A stretch of 46,656 bases of DNA from Candidatus Thorarchaeota archaeon (GCA_048882325.1 JBHLRS010000021.1:6140-52795); one strand, 5' to 3'. Positions 16,714-27,384 are shown, counted from the stretch's first letter. The notes: generated by a model not told the origin, from the letters alone. Made by a program: numbers and translations.

Positions 16714-19700
16714 TCAGACTACCACTGTAGTATATTCATACCAGAAGTATGGATCAGTCCACATGTACGCATGATACAGTATAAAGGTCGCGATGAAATG
16801 CGATGGATAAAGAACCCAACCAGACCTGAATACTGGACCAGGAGGACCAGACTCTCCGACTTTCACGGAACGTTGACCCCACAACCCATCGAACTTTAAC
16901 CACCCTTGGTTGACTAAAAGTTCCATAGAGTACTGAGACATATCCTGTCGATTGTAAGAGCCAAGAGGTGTGAACCGACTCGCATGGCCTCCAAGACCCA
17001 CGTACACAACTGGATGATTAGTAGCCTCTTTTGACAGATCTCCGATAAACCATCCACTCTTCTTGATATGGTTGTGCCAAGAGTATCCGGCATCCAAAGG
17101 CACCAAAGCGTCCACGTCCTGGGACCCTTGTGGTGGCAATATCAGCTGGATCATTTCCCAGTCACCCTCATGCTGATTGACCCATAAATCATAGAGATAG
17201 AAGAACCAGTATTGGATCACGATGTAGTCATTGTAACTCGTGAACACATGTGCGTAAAACTTGAGACCATAAGTCGAGGAGTCCTGAACATGGTATAGTG
17301 GGTTAAGATCCAAGTAGGAATTGGTCCCAGCATATGCCTCTAGTTCTGCAGGTGTTGGGTCAAGGTCCTGGGGAATGCCAAAGAAGTCCATTAGAATAGC
17401 GTGGTCCAGAAAGTCTCGAATGTCGCGAGGATACCATGTCTCTAATACGTCGATATAGAGCTGAGGAGAAAACTTCTCAGCCAGAGCCATCTGTTCCTGG
17501 TACGAAAGCTCGTAGTCGTGGTATACGTAAAACCTGATATAGGCATCATCTGTGTCGCGGCTTGTACTCCCATCGTCACTCCCACTTGAGTGTGCCCATT
17601 GCTGGTAGTCCCCTGGCTGATATGCTGCAGCCTCTCTAAGATTGAAACCTGTTGTAGCTGTCTTGCCAATCCTAGCCAAGTCTAACTGGTCATCGAACTC
17701 AAGGTCGACATCCCATGCTTGCACATCCACCCATACTGTAGGTTGGTTGTCAGGAACATTGGACACGAACAATGGAGAATCATTGGAGCTATATGTCGAG
17801 ATATCGTATGCAACAGGCACCTCACTGTTCATCCAGTTCCCAGTCGACCATTGGTCCTGAGCATATACTCTGAAGAACGGTTCAGCGTTTCTATTGCCCT
17901 CGAGTGCTGGATATTCGATTGTCAGGGACTCGTATTTGATCTCAAGGCCCCACCAGTGGACAACGAAATAGGGGACCCTTATGGTCTTGGTCTTTATGAC
18001 GAGTTCGACATCTATCGGGTCTTCAACCTCGAATCTGTAGATCTGTACCTTCACCAGAAGGTCATGCAGTGGGTCAATGTCTTCACCATCGAAGTAACTA
18101 TCATTGTCACTGTCGACGTCGATAGCATTGATTAACCCATCACCATCAGAATCGATGTTCCAGTCTTTCTCAACCTGAGAGGCAAAGAAACCACCTATTA
18201 CAAGTGGACCGTCGAAGAGTCCGTCTGCGTCAGAATCTGCGGCGTTCTTATCGGTTCCATAGAAGTCCTCCATCACGTCTGACCTACTGTCACCGTCAGC
18301 GTCTGGTACTGTCACAATGAGATTATTGTTCTCTTCATCAGCCTCATCAACCCGATGGTTGTGATCGATCTCTATACTTAGGATGTGTGACCCCACTGGC
18401 CTGTCAGCGAGTGGGATAGTGAAATCAATGCTTGTGTGGGCTTGAAGTCCGCTACTATGGAAGTGTCCAAAGCCATAAGTCACAGTCAGGTCCCGTATCT
18501 GGAACGAAAGATCGTTTGAGTCAACGTCGCCTCTGTTCTCAACTGTCATAGTCAGAAAGACAAGTTCACCGTCAGTGGAGAATGACACATTTTCAGGTGC
18601 CACTAGCAGGTCAGGTGGCTTTGGTACCTGTGCAATTATGACCACAGTATCGGTATCCTTACCCCCATCATTGTCAGTGACAGTGAGAGTCACGTAGTAG
18701 GTTCCTTGTCTTTGAAAGACATGGCTTGTCGTCGCACCACTGCCTGTATCACCATCCATGAAGTCCCAGTCATATGAAACTATCGAGCCATCGGGGTCAG
18801 TGGATCCAGGAGTAGCAGCGAAGTTCACACGAGAACCAGTGAACACTTCCTGGTCCATGCCGGCTTCTGCGATAGGTAACTGGTTGAGAACCGTAACCGT
18901 AATAGTGGTTGACCCGGTCTCACCATCATCATCTGTCACTATGAGTGTGACATCATACTCACCAGTCTGCGAGTACGTATGTGTTGGTTTGGCTTCCACT
19001 GCAAAGGTTCCATCACCAAATGACCAACCATACCCCACGACCTCTCCATCCTTGTCGTACGACTTGGTGCCAAAGAAATGCGCCACAAGGTTCCTGTACG
19101 CATCTCTCGCAAGTCCTATGCGAGCTACCGGCGGTGCGTTGAGTGGGTTCGTCCCAGCTTGGACCTCATCATAGTCAGAAACTCCGTCTCGATCCGTATC
19201 CGGGTGGTTTGGATCTGTCCCATAGGTATTAACCTCCTCATCGTCGTAGAGACCTTCCTGATCAGTGTCGTTCGACAGGGGGTTTGTTCTATAGAGGTAC
19301 ACTTCTTCCCAGTCTGTGAGATTATCAAAGTCAGTGTCTGGAAGCAGCGGATCAGTATAGTATCTGTTCACTTCCATCCCGTCTATAAGCCCCTCTTCAT
19401 CCGTGTCAGATTTTGTCGCGTTCGTCCCGTACAAATAGACCTCCAGTCCGTCTAAGAGCCAGTCTGCATCAGAATCAGGATTGTTTGGATCAGTGGAGTA
19501 GGCTAGCTCTTCGTTGTCAGCTAGTGCATCAAAGTCAGTATCGGGTCTGTCAGCCCTGGTCTCATTCAGGGATGGCTCAAATTGCCCATTCGCATTCGCA
19601 TCCTCGATCCCGTCTAAGAGTGTGTCCCCGTCTGTATCGGGATTCAACGGGTCCGTTATTATCGGGGGACCTACAGGAACAGTATTGGGATCAGAGATAC

Positions 19701-22056
19701 CTATCTCAATGCCATCAGGAATTCCATCCTTATCCGTATCTGCAACAGTGGGGTTGGTCTCACCGGCAGTCAGACTTCCATCGAGGTTCAGGTCCTCGTC
19801 ACCATCGCGAATGTAGTCCCCGTCTGTGTCCGGGTTGAGCGGGTCGGTCTGTGTACCATTATAGTTGCTTAAGAGCTCAATATAATCGAAAATTCCATCT
19901 TTATCGGTGTCTCCACTATTGGGGTTAGGATCGACTGTGTCAGCGTCGCCATCCCGGTCTGTGTCGATATCAAACGGGTTGGTTCCAATATCATTCACCT
20001 CAAAGCCATCAGTGAACCAGCCTGAGGAGCCGGGAGCAAACCCATCATCCGCGCGGTAGCCGTCCCCATCAGTATCAATGTCCATTGGATCCGATATGCC
20101 TCGGGGAACATTGAGCCACGACGACACAATCACTGTACCGTTGTCATAGGAAACAAACTGTGTGTCCGAGAAGTAATCGAGTTTCATTAGTAGAACCTTG
20201 TCGACAAAGATGTCGTTCAATTCACCTAGAGCCCTCAGCTCGATGTCGATGGTGTCTTCCTGGAGCAGGTCGAACTTGAGCGCAAAGGCCCATTCGTAGA
20301 GATTGACATCCCTGACAATAACACCATAAACAACCTGTCTCACAAGAGCGTATTGGACTGGTGGAACTGTCACAGGATCTCCGCCTAGAGTGATATCGAC
20401 TTCCATTGTGTTACTGGTATTCAGGGACGTGCTCAATGCGCGAACAAACACAACATAGGTGCCATTGGGAAACACAAAGGATGGGTCAGAAATGAAGGCG
20501 ACACGACCGTCAGGGAGCGGGTTGACATGTTTGCTATTGCTTGCATTCACATTATCAAAGATCTGTGTAGGACTCCACGCGAAGTCCTCAACCTCATACC
20601 AGTAAGAGTTCAGGACAGACTCGCGGCCTTCAATGATTGCGTCGCCATCAGTGTCTTGGTCAAGTGGGTCTGTCAACTCTGAGTTGATACTGTACATTCT
20701 GATGATCGCAACTCGGTCAATGACAACCCATGGATGACTAGCATTCACAATCATCTGGAGCTGGCCACTACTCACGTTAAAGAATGGTGTTGAGTACCAG
20801 CGATAGATGGCAGTCAGGAGATGCATGTCACTGTTAACAACCATGACACCATCCTGCTCTATAGACAACATTATCGACCTATTGGCTGATTCAGGAAACT
20901 GTGATCTCGCTCTCACAAAGAACTTGTAGTCAGCCTCAGAGCTTGGCACAGACGAGTTGAACACCATCCCCGGACCGGATGAGAACACTGCACGTCCATT
21001 CCTTGCATCAGGATCGTTTCCAAGCACTCCCTGTTCTAGATCCAGGTCCTCTGTCTCGTACCAATAAGCCCAGGTCGTGGCCTCATTTCCATCAGTAATT
21101 CCGTCGTCATCCGCATCGCTGTCGATTGGAGCAGGGTCCCAGCCATCAATTACGTTGTCATCGTCACTGTCATTATCAAGGGGATCAGCTCCCAGAAGAA
21201 TCTCGTCACCATCAAGCAAGAGGTCATTGTCAGAGTCCGGGTCGAGAGCATTAATCAGGGAGTCCCCATCAGTGTCTACATTCCAGTCAGGTTCAGAGCC
21301 ATCATTCAGCCCGTCATCTTCTGAGTCCATGTCGAGTGGATCGGTTCCATACTGGACCTCTTCTCCATCCAGTAATATATCGAAGTCTGTATCGTTGAGC
21401 GTGGGATCAGTTCCGTAGATATACAGTTCATCCCAATCTTTGAGGGCGTCCTGGTCGGTGTCATTCAGCAACGGGTCCGTGCCCAGTTGTACATACTCCT
21501 CCCAGTCAGTGAGCATATCATTGTCAGTATCCTGATCATTTGGGTCAGTACCGACTGTGTTCACCTCAGTTCCGTCATCCAGCCCTTCAGCATCACTATC
21601 TGGGTCCAGTGGGTCTGTGTAGAATACCTTGACTTCTTCACCATCACTGAGGGTATCATTATCAGAGTCATAATAGGTAGGGTCTGTTCCAAGGGTGACT
21701 TCCTCGTTGTCCCAAAGACCGTCACTATCTGTGTCCACTAACGTGGGGTTGGTACCATACTGGTACTCCTCTAGATTGGTGAGTCCGTCTCCGTCTTTAT
21801 CCAGCTGAGCGTCATTTGGATCGTTCATGTCCAATCCGTATAACATCTCCCAGCTATCGGGCATTCCATCATTGTCCCCACCCATTGGTCCTGCTCCCCG
21901 TGGAAGAAAATAGAAAATCCCAAAGGATGACCCAATCACAATGACGATTATAGCAATGGCGATGCCACTTCTCTTTGTGTCTCTCAGAAGCGCGCTCCTA
22001 ATCCGTGACAAAGTAAACTCCTCGTTTTGAACTTTGGTTTCAGGATGTCGATGCAT
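16714..22056 (-). CDS. 1780-aa N-anchored surface protein: DxDxDG Ca-binding (TSP3-like) repeats, 2 PKD, CARDB-like and C-terminal Vps62-like domain
   Basis: TM at ~aa 32-52; many GTDPxxxDTDxDGLxDxxE repeats; WSFGDG and WDFMDG PKD motifs; DHNHRVDEADEENN CARDB motif; IVIQYWFFYLYD..HEGDWEMI. Confidence 0.85.
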   Translation of the reverse strand: MHRHPETKVQNEEFTLSRIRSALLRDTKRSGIAIAIIVIVIGSSFGIFYFLPRGAGPMGGDNDGMPDSWEMLYGLDMNDPNDAQLDKDGDGLTNLEEYQYGTNPTLVDTDSDGLWDNEEVTLGTDPTYYDSDNDTLSDGEEVKVFYTDPLDPDSDAEGLDDGTEVNTVGTDPNDQDTDNDMLTDWEEYVQLGTDPLLNDTDQDALKDWDELYIYGTDPTLNDTDFDILLDGEEVQYGTDPLDMDSEDDGLNDGSEPDWNVDTDGDSLINALDPDSDNDLLLDGDEILLGADPLDNDSDDDNVIDGWDPAPIDSDADDDGITDGNEATTWAYWYETEDLDLEQGVLGNDPDARNGRAVFSSGPGMVFNSSVPSSEADYKFFVRARSQFPESANRSIMLSIEQDGVMVVNSDMHLLTAIYRWYSTPFFNVSSGQLQMIVNASHPWVVIDRVAIIRMYSINSELTDPLDQDTDGDAIIEGRESVLNSYWYEVEDFAWSPTQIFDNVNASNSKHVNPLPDGRVAFISDPSFVFPNGTYVVFVRALSTSLNTSNTMEVDITLGGDPVTVPPVQYALVRQVVYGVIVRDVNLYEWAFALKFDLLQEDTIDIELRALGELNDIFVDKVLLMKLDYFSDTQFVSYDNGTVIVSSWLNVPRGISDPMDIDTDGDGYRADDGFAPGSSGWFTDGFEVNDIGTNPFDIDTDRDGDADTVDPNPNSGDTDKDGIFDYIELLSNYNGTQTDPLNPDTDGDYIRDGDEDLNLDGSLTAGETNPTVADTDKDGIPDGIEIGISDPNTVPVGPPIITDPLNPDTDGDTLLDGIEDANANGQFEPSLNETRADRPDTDFDALADNEELAYSTDPNNPDSDADWLLDGLEVYLYGTNATKSDTDEEGLIDGMEVNRYYTDPLLPDTDFDNLTDWEEVYLYRTNPLSNDTDQEGLYDDEEVNTYGTDPNHPDTDRDGVSDYDEVQAGTNPLNAPPVARIGLARDAYRNLVAHFFGTKSYDKDGEVVGYGWSFGDGTFAVEAKPTHTYSQTGEYDVTLIVTDDDGETGSTTITVTVLNQLPIAEAGMDQEVFTGSRVNFAATPGSTDPDGSIVSYDWDFMDGDTGSGATTSHVFQRQGTYYVTLTVTDNDGGKDTDTVVIIAQVPKPPDLLVAPENVSFSTDGELVFLTMTVENRGDVDSNDLSFQIRDLTVTYGFGHFHSSGLQAHTSIDFTIPLADRPVGSHILSIEIDHNHRVDEADEENNNLIVTVPDADGDSRSDVMEDFYGTDKNAADSDADGLFDGPLVIGGFFASQVEKDWNIDSDGDGLINAIDVDSDNDSYFDGEDIDPLHDLLVKVQIYRFEVEDPIDVELVIKTKTIRVPYFVVHWWGLEIKYESLTIEYPALEGNRNAEPFFRVYAQDQWSTGNWMNSEVPVAYDISTYSSNDSPLFVSNVPDNQPTVWVDVQAWDVDLEFDDQLDLARIGKTATTGFNLREAAAYQPGDYQQWAHSSGSDDGSTSRDTDDAYIRFYVYHDYELSYQEQMALAEKFSPQLYIDVLETWYPRDIRDFLDHAILMDFFGIPQDLDPTPAELEAYAGTNSYLDLNPLYHVQDSSTYGLKFYAHVFTSYNDYIVIQYWFFYLYDLWVNQHEGDWEMIQLILPPQGSQDVDALVPLDAGYSWHNHIKKSGWFIGDLSKEATNHPVVYVGLGGHASRFTPLGSYNRQDMSQYSMELLVNQGWLKFDGLWGQRSVKVGESGPPGPVFRSGWVLYPSHFIATFILYHAYMWTDPYFWYEYTTVVV

Positions 22057-22279
22057 ATTGCTGGTGGTTGAGATATCGAGGAAATCATAGTGTCTTCAAA
22101 GTAATGTAACACAGGACTAAGGAATTGTATTAAGATGCTATGTTCAAAATACTATATTACCGATTTGATATACTGCATCTACTATAGAAACGGATGCTAT
22201 GTTACTCAACTTGAGAGAGATTCCTCCTCTTTCACTGACCTTGTGGCTACAAACCTATGAAAATGTGTTCTCATGAAGT

Positions 22280-23083
22280 CTATGATAGGACGCGATTGAC
22301 AATTTTGCAAGCACCCTGATTATAGACTCGCATTCTCTTGCCCTTTAGACCTCCAACTAGTGTGAGGTTAGCCTTCTGAGCGAACTTGACACCTGCATCA
22401 GTGGACACTGCAAATGACACAAGCAGCGGGATTGATGTCCACGCACACTTACTGACTATGTCTGCAGTGAGGCGTCCGGAGCTGACCATGAGACAAGTTG
22501 TCAGGTCGAAGTCCTCTTTCAGTGCGGACCCAATCGCTTTGTCAACCGCATTATGTCTCCCAAGATCCTCAGCAAGGACGTGTCGATCTTGATTCAAGTC
22601 TTGGACAAGAGCACCATGGAAAGCACCTGTCTTTCTTCGAGCATCCTGCGACTGGCGTAACAGGTCAGCAGCAGCGAAGAGGTCTTTCAGATCAACATCA
22701 CTCATATTTGAAATCGCAGGAATTCCATCTGCAGTCCGTAGTTCCCGAAGTATCTCTGGAGCACTACACTCAGTCCCTATGAATCTCCGAACCTGTGAGA
22801 ATCCCCTGTCAACCTTTGGTGTGACGTCCTCTCTGGTCTTGATGAAGCAGCGATTGCCCGAGTATCGAATATCACCAATATCCTCGAATGACTCAATGAT
22901 ACCTGTGGACAGAAGGTGACCAACTGCTAGCTCCTCCTCCAGACTTGGACTGCATACAAATGTGGCGAGGAACTCGTTATTCAACCGGACCTCCAAAGCC
23001 GTTTCGATGGCAATGAGGTCATCCTCGTCGTGTGCACCATCTGGCCCGATTCTCTGGGTTGGAAGTGAACGGAATAATCGCAT
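22280..23083 (-). CDS. fdhD: Formate dehydrogenase accessory sulfurtransferase FdhD
   Basis: EELAVGHLLSTG, KTGAFHGA, EDLGRHNAVDKAIG, SSGRLTADIVSK motifs. Confidence 0.95.
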   Translation of the reverse strand: MRLFRSLPTQRIGPDGAHDEDDLIAIETALEVRLNNEFLATFVCSPSLEEELAVGHLLSTGIIESFEDIGDIRYSGNRCFIKTREDVTPKVDRGFSQVRRFIGTECSAPEILRELRTADGIPAISNMSDVDLKDLFAAADLLRQSQDARRKTGAFHGALVQDLNQDRHVLAEDLGRHNAVDKAIGSALKEDFDLTTCLMVSSGRLTADIVSKCAWTSIPLLVSFAVSTDAGVKFAQKANLTLVGGLKGKRMRVYNQGACKIVNRVLS

Positions 23084-23135
23084 GATGAGACCCGTGGTCA
23101 GATATTCTCAGCCCATAATAAAGTTCATACATATG

Positions 23136-23462
23136 TCACTGGGAAGGATTCCGGTCATCCAGATTAAACATGAATCCCAGCGGGTGACGCATCCACCTGT
23201 CACCCTTTTCCCATTTATGGACTGTGCATCCATTCTCAAGACAAGTTCTTTTGGCCTCTTCAATGTCTGAGACCAAGAACTCCATTAGGACTGAAAATGA
23301 ATCGCCTTCTGTGAGATAGAGATTGTAGCCAGTTGTAGCGACTTTGAACGTGTCTTCATTCAGTCTCTCGACACCCAAGCCTAGAACATCTCTGAAGAAC
23401 GCGACTCCCTCCGACAAGTCTTGAAGGACTAGAGCAACATCATTGCTGTTCGAGAATTTCAT
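23136..23462 (-). CDS. VOC (glyoxalase/bleomycin resistance) family protein
   Basis: AFFRDVLGL, EFLVSDIEEAKR, WMRHPLGFMFNL; likely start ATG 23462. Confidence 0.85.
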   Translation of the reverse strand: MKFSNSNDVALVLQDLSEGVAFFRDVLGLGVERLNEDTFKVATTGYNLYLTEGDSFSVLMEFLVSDIEEAKRTCLENGCTVHKWEKGDRWMRHPLGFMFNLDDRNPSQ

Positions 23463-23572
23463 GGATGAGTTGATATTCGGCTCTTTTTCAAACTTCGTAT
23501 CTGTTTTATTCACGAGGACCGTGATTCCTATACACATTCTTCGTGGAGGAAATGTGTTTGGAAGAGTGAAGG

Positions 23573-24070
23573 CTACTCGGTGACTACACCATAGTATGTC
23601 ATCATATCAACATCCAAACCACTCAGCTTGAGATACATCCAGAGCTGCATCTTGTGCATCGCGAGGTGTCTTGTCATCTCTGGGATATAGTAAGCCCAGT
23701 TCTTTGAATCCCCTGTCTCATAGAATGGCTTCATGTTCTTCTCAAGCACCTCTTTGTCAGGCATACTGCTGAACCGCTTTTCTGCACTCGTAATACCCTC
23801 ATCAAAGAGATTCAATGCGTCAGAGATATCATTGCGTCGCAGCTCCTTCTCCCTCTTTTGTATAGCCTCATCGCTGTCCAATTCACTCGAGTACACCGCG
23901 GGGTCCAGGTGGGGAATCTGAACCAGATGATTCACGAGGTCAACGAGAGACCTCATACCCTTGACTGGTACAAAATCAGAGGTTGCCATCTTCGCTTTGT
24001 CAATGACGACTCTAGCTTGTCTTGCTTCGTGTTTGAAACTGTCCAGGAGGACATCAACCAAATCTGTCAA
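23573..24070 (-). CDS. DinB/YfiT family protein
   Basis: MRSLVDLVNHL...RHLAMHKMQLWMYLKLSG three-His pattern. Confidence 0.88.
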   Translation of the reverse strand: MTDLVDVLLDSFKHEARQARVVIDKAKMATSDFVPVKGMRSLVDLVNHLVQIPHLDPAVYSSELDSDEAIQKREKELRRNDISDALNLFDEGITSAEKRFSSMPDKEVLEKNMKPFYETGDSKNWAYYIPEMTRHLAMHKMQLWMYLKLSGLDVDMMTYYGVVTE

Positions 24071-24252
24071 TACTCATCTCTCCTTAGATGAACTTGTACA
24101 AGGTTTCAGATTAGTCTCACTGCTCAAGCAGGCTCATTCAGAGGTAAGACGAAACACTCTGACAGGAACAACCTAGTCATCTCTATGAGCATCCTGCAAA
24201 ACATTTTCAATGTAGCCGTTGATAGATTGCGTAGCATATTGAGGTCAGACAT

Positions 24253-24720
24253 GTGACATTTACAAAGAAAGAGTTGAAGAAATACCTGAAAGACCTAGTG
24301 AAGAAGCAAACTGGAGTCGCAGGTTTCTCATTCGAGTATCAATCTGGACACTCAGCGTATCATACTCGACTAAAGATTCTGATAACCTCTGAGAAGATTG
24401 AACATAGGAGAATACAAAGAGGAACTCCTGTTGATAGTCCAGAGGAAGCAAACGCGACGAAAGTACAAGAGAAGGAGTTCTCAGTTGAAGAGTTAACAGC
24501 ATTTGTTGAAGAGTTGATGAAGAACAAGATATGGGACTTGGAGAATTGTACAGAGAGAGCACTTCCTGATACAGCCTTGCTCTCCTTTACTATTAAGGAC
24601 AATGACGATGTTGTTTTTGAACAGAAAGTCTGGCAGAGCTGCAGAAATGACGACAGCAGGACGAAGGAGCTAATACGCTGCATCGCATCAATTATACCAC
24701 TAAATTGGTCCCCTCCCTAA
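24253..24720 (+). CDS. Hypothetical protein
   Basis: 155-aa ORF, GAGG upstream of GTG, soluble composition; no motif recognised. Confidence 0.7.
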   Translation: MTFTKKELKKYLKDLVKKQTGVAGFSFEYQSGHSAYHTRLKILITSEKIEHRRIQRGTPVDSPEEANATKVQEKEFSVEELTAFVEELMKNKIWDLENCTERALPDTALLSFTIKDNDDVVFEQKVWQSCRNDDSRTKELIRCIASIIPLNWSPP

Positions 24721-24767
24721 CTAATTGCTTTCTTGTTCATTTGGGAAGCAGTCCAGAGATGTCGGAC

Positions 24768-24971
24768 CTACGGGGGATTTTCATCAGGCATGGTTTTGGA
24801 AGCTGGCTTTCCACCAATTCCCCAATGTGCCTTTGGGATCTCTTGAACAACCACCTCTACAGCCCTTTCTGGAATCCCTAAGCCAACCATGACCTTTGTT
24901 ATCCCAGAAATGATTTGTTCAACAGCATCATCTGAGATGCCTTTCCACATTTTGACTTCTATAATTGGCAT
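24768..24971 (-). CDS. 4-oxalocrotonate tautomerase family protein
   Basis: MPIIEV (catalytic Pro-1), VEVVVQEIPKAHWGIGG; 67 aa. Confidence 0.92.
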   Translation of the reverse strand: MPIIEVKMWKGISDDAVEQIISGITKVMVGLGIPERAVEVVVQEIPKAHWGIGGKPASKTMPDENPP

Positions 24972-24998
24972 GGTATCGCAGAAACAGGAAACACAGAT

Positions 24999-25976
24999 TT
25001 AGTTTCCGTTAGACTTCTCAACATAGTCAAGCGCTCTTCGTAGTTTCTCGAGCGATAGGTTTCCACCTGAACAGATGAGCCCGACCGTCTTGCCTTTCAA
25101 ACGTTCCCGAATCTTATAGGCTGCAGCGAGTGGAGCAGCTCCAGCCCCCTCAGCTAGGGTGTGTGCATGTTCTATCATCCAGACTGTGGCCCTCATGATG
25201 TCTTGCTCACTCACAAGTATGAAATCATCCAAATATTCCCTCAAGATCTTCTGGGGAAGTTCGAAAGCAGTTCCGGTCGAGAGACCCTCGACTGAGGTGC
25301 GGTTAGGTCGCTCGACAAGAATTCCTTGTTTCCAAGAGTCATAGGCTGCAGGCGCCGCCTCAGACTGGACAGCAATGACCTGTACATCAGAATTGATTGA
25401 CTTGGAAGCGATACATGTACCTGCGGCACCACTTCCTCCACCTACTGGGACAATGATAGTGTCAATGGATGGTTCATCCTGTAGCATCTCAAGTGACTCA
25501 GTGCCCACACCCGCAATCAAGTGCGGTTCATCTCCTGAATGGATGTAGCGGTAACCATGTTCCTTTGCCAGACGTTCGCAGTGAATCATTGCATCATCAA
25601 ACGTTTCTCCGTGAAACACAATCTCAGCACCCAATGCCCTCATCGAAGTTACTTTTCCGGGATTAGACCTCTCAGGTACAACAATTGTGGCCTTCACCCC
25701 GAATATTCTCGAAGCATATGCAATCGACTGACCATGATTCCCTGTGGAGGCACCAATGACCCCTCTCTTCTTCTCTTCATTCGAGAGCTGCGACACCAGA
25801 TTGATTCCACCTCTGACTTTGAAAGCACCGATGGGTTGGCAATTCTCATGTTTGATGAAGACATTGGTTCCGACCAAATCATTGATGGCTGGATAGCTAA
25901 GAAGTGGTGTGGGTTTCAAATAGGGACTGATCCTCTCTTGAGCAGCCAATACATCTTCGAAGGTAGGGATTTCCAA
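24999..25976 (-). CDS. PLP-dependent threonine/serine dehydratase (no ACT domain)
   Basis: KHENCQPIGAFKVRG (PLP Lys), ASTGNHGQ, VPVGGGSG, CSGGN. Confidence 0.93.
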   Translation of the reverse strand: MEIPTFEDVLAAQERISPYLKPTPLLSYPAINDLVGTNVFIKHENCQPIGAFKVRGGINLVSQLSNEEKKRGVIGASTGNHGQSIAYASRIFGVKATIVVPERSNPGKVTSMRALGAEIVFHGETFDDAMIHCERLAKEHGYRYIHSGDEPHLIAGVGTESLEMLQDEPSIDTIIVPVGGGSGAAGTCIASKSINSDVQVIAVQSEAAPAAYDSWKQGILVERPNRTSVEGLSTGTAFELPQKILREYLDDFILVSEQDIMRATVWMIEHAHTLAEGAGAAPLAAAYKIRERLKGKTVGLICSGGNLSLEKLRRALDYVEKSNGN

Positions 25977-26053
25977 TTTGATTCAACTCCTCAGTTCGAA
26001 GAGGCACCAGTATGATATAATTCCTACCTCAGTTGCGGTCTCAGGATTGGTGC

Positions 26054-26680
26054 TTACTCTTCCTCAAAGGAGTCAGCTGGATGACGACGAGCTTCTTCTA
26101 AGTAGATTGTTTTGCCACAGCTCAGACAGCTCACCGTTCCGTCCCAACTCACATGGTATTCCTTGTAGTTCTCTACGCTATGACATACTGGACACTCAAC
26201 CCTCGAAAGATCTGAATCAATGACGACTGGTACATCACCAAAGACTGTTTCATCACCAAGTACAAATTCCCGACCACAGTCCGGGCATACTATATATCCA
26301 TACCCACCAATCTTCAATTCAAACGGAGTAAGCATGACCATACAGTATGGACACTGAATCATAGTGGTTTCGACATTGACCTCTCTCCAAGCCCATCCCT
26401 TTCTTTGTGCCAGTTTGACTATTTCATTCTTTATCGAAGCCTCTTCATTCCATACGAGAGACTCTAGCTTTTCCCCGAGACCAATCACAGTTAGGTCACA
26501 CTCTTGAGTTTCCTTGTTGTATTCAACAACTATGTTCGCACTTAGTGTGCGCAACCTTCGTAAAGGGGAGTAGATGAAGACCCCTACGAATGTGTCCAGT
26601 GCATCCCATGTCTTCTCCCAGATGATTAGTTTCAAGTTCTCAATGACTTTGATCAATGGGTCAATGTTTACACGCATCAT
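26054..26680 (-). CDS. Hypothetical protein with two C-terminal zinc ribbons
   Basis: CPYC..CPDC and CPVC..CLSC. Confidence 0.75.
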   Translation of the reverse strand: MMRVNIDPLIKVIENLKLIIWEKTWDALDTFVGVFIYSPLRRLRTLSANIVVEYNKETQECDLTVIGLGEKLESLVWNEEASIKNEIVKLAQRKGWAWREVNVETTMIQCPYCMVMLTPFELKIGGYGYIVCPDCGREFVLGDETVFGDVPVVIDSDLSRVECPVCHSVENYKEYHVSWDGTVSCLSCGKTIYLEEARRHPADSFEEE

Positions 26681-26858
26681 ATGAATCTTGAACAGTATAA
26701 TCAGACTCCTTTGCCCAACCGTCTGATAGTATTACGTTTGAACGCTTTAGAACCCTTCTTCAGTCCCCACTTCAATTTCTTCGGACTGTACCTGACCTGG
26801 GGAGTCCTGATTGTCTACTTCTTTCGGTTACATTCGAAGAGAGAAACGATTGATGTGT

Positions 26859-27317
26859 TCATTTCACCTTCTTGAACAAGAGTGAGAAATTTACAGTGCC
26901 GTCTGGTTCATGGTCAGAGAAGGCGAGAGTGTTTCTCTCGCTCACATCATACTTCAGAAATCCACTTTCGGGATTTTGTGTATCTATGAAAGCCACGTGA
27001 GTTGTTGACAATTCAGTCACCACAAAATCTCTGGGACTGTCCTTTTCCTCCCATGCTATGAATGCCTTGTCAAAGTGTCTGAGAAGCATATGTATCTCCC
27101 CGTTTCGTTCAACAAGTGCAACGATTTCATAGAAGTAGACCTCTCCCTCTTTGATCCACCTGAAGACACAAGCCTTGTTAGAGTGCAGGTCAGGTAGCCA
27201 TAACTCCTCAAAGACATCCGCACCACTTTCTCCCCTCCAATGGCCTGTCAGGAAGTCTAGGTCACTCACGGTTTTCCCTTTCAATGGAACTTTAGAATAT
27301 GACACTTTACTCTCCAC
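26859..27317 (-). CDS. DUF6265-like protein
   Basis: LDFLTGHWRGE..FEELW, FYEI, LLRHFD..WEEKD pattern. Confidence 0.75.
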   Translation of the reverse strand: MESKVSYSKVPLKGKTVSDLDFLTGHWRGESGADVFEELWLPDLHSNKACVFRWIKEGEVYFYEIVALVERNGEIHMLLRHFDKAFIAWEEKDSPRDFVVTELSTTHVAFIDTQNPESGFLKYDVSERNTLAFSDHEPDGTVNFSLLFKKVK

Positions 27318-27384
27318 CTTTCATGACTTAGATTGGTGATTTTTTCGCATTTATCTGTCATCATTCAAGTACTGAGTGGGTTCC

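Noticed and set aside
16714-22056. Many plus-strand ORFs overlapping the 1780-aa gene (likewise over the TPR and giant genes)
   Set aside because: Antisense shadows of repetitive Asp/Thr-rich coding sequence; Ser/Pro-rich with no motifs
26681-26875. Short ORF and partial inverted repeats between the zinc-ribbon and DUF6265-like genes
   Set aside because: Stems are short and mutually competing, and the ORF has no recognisable features
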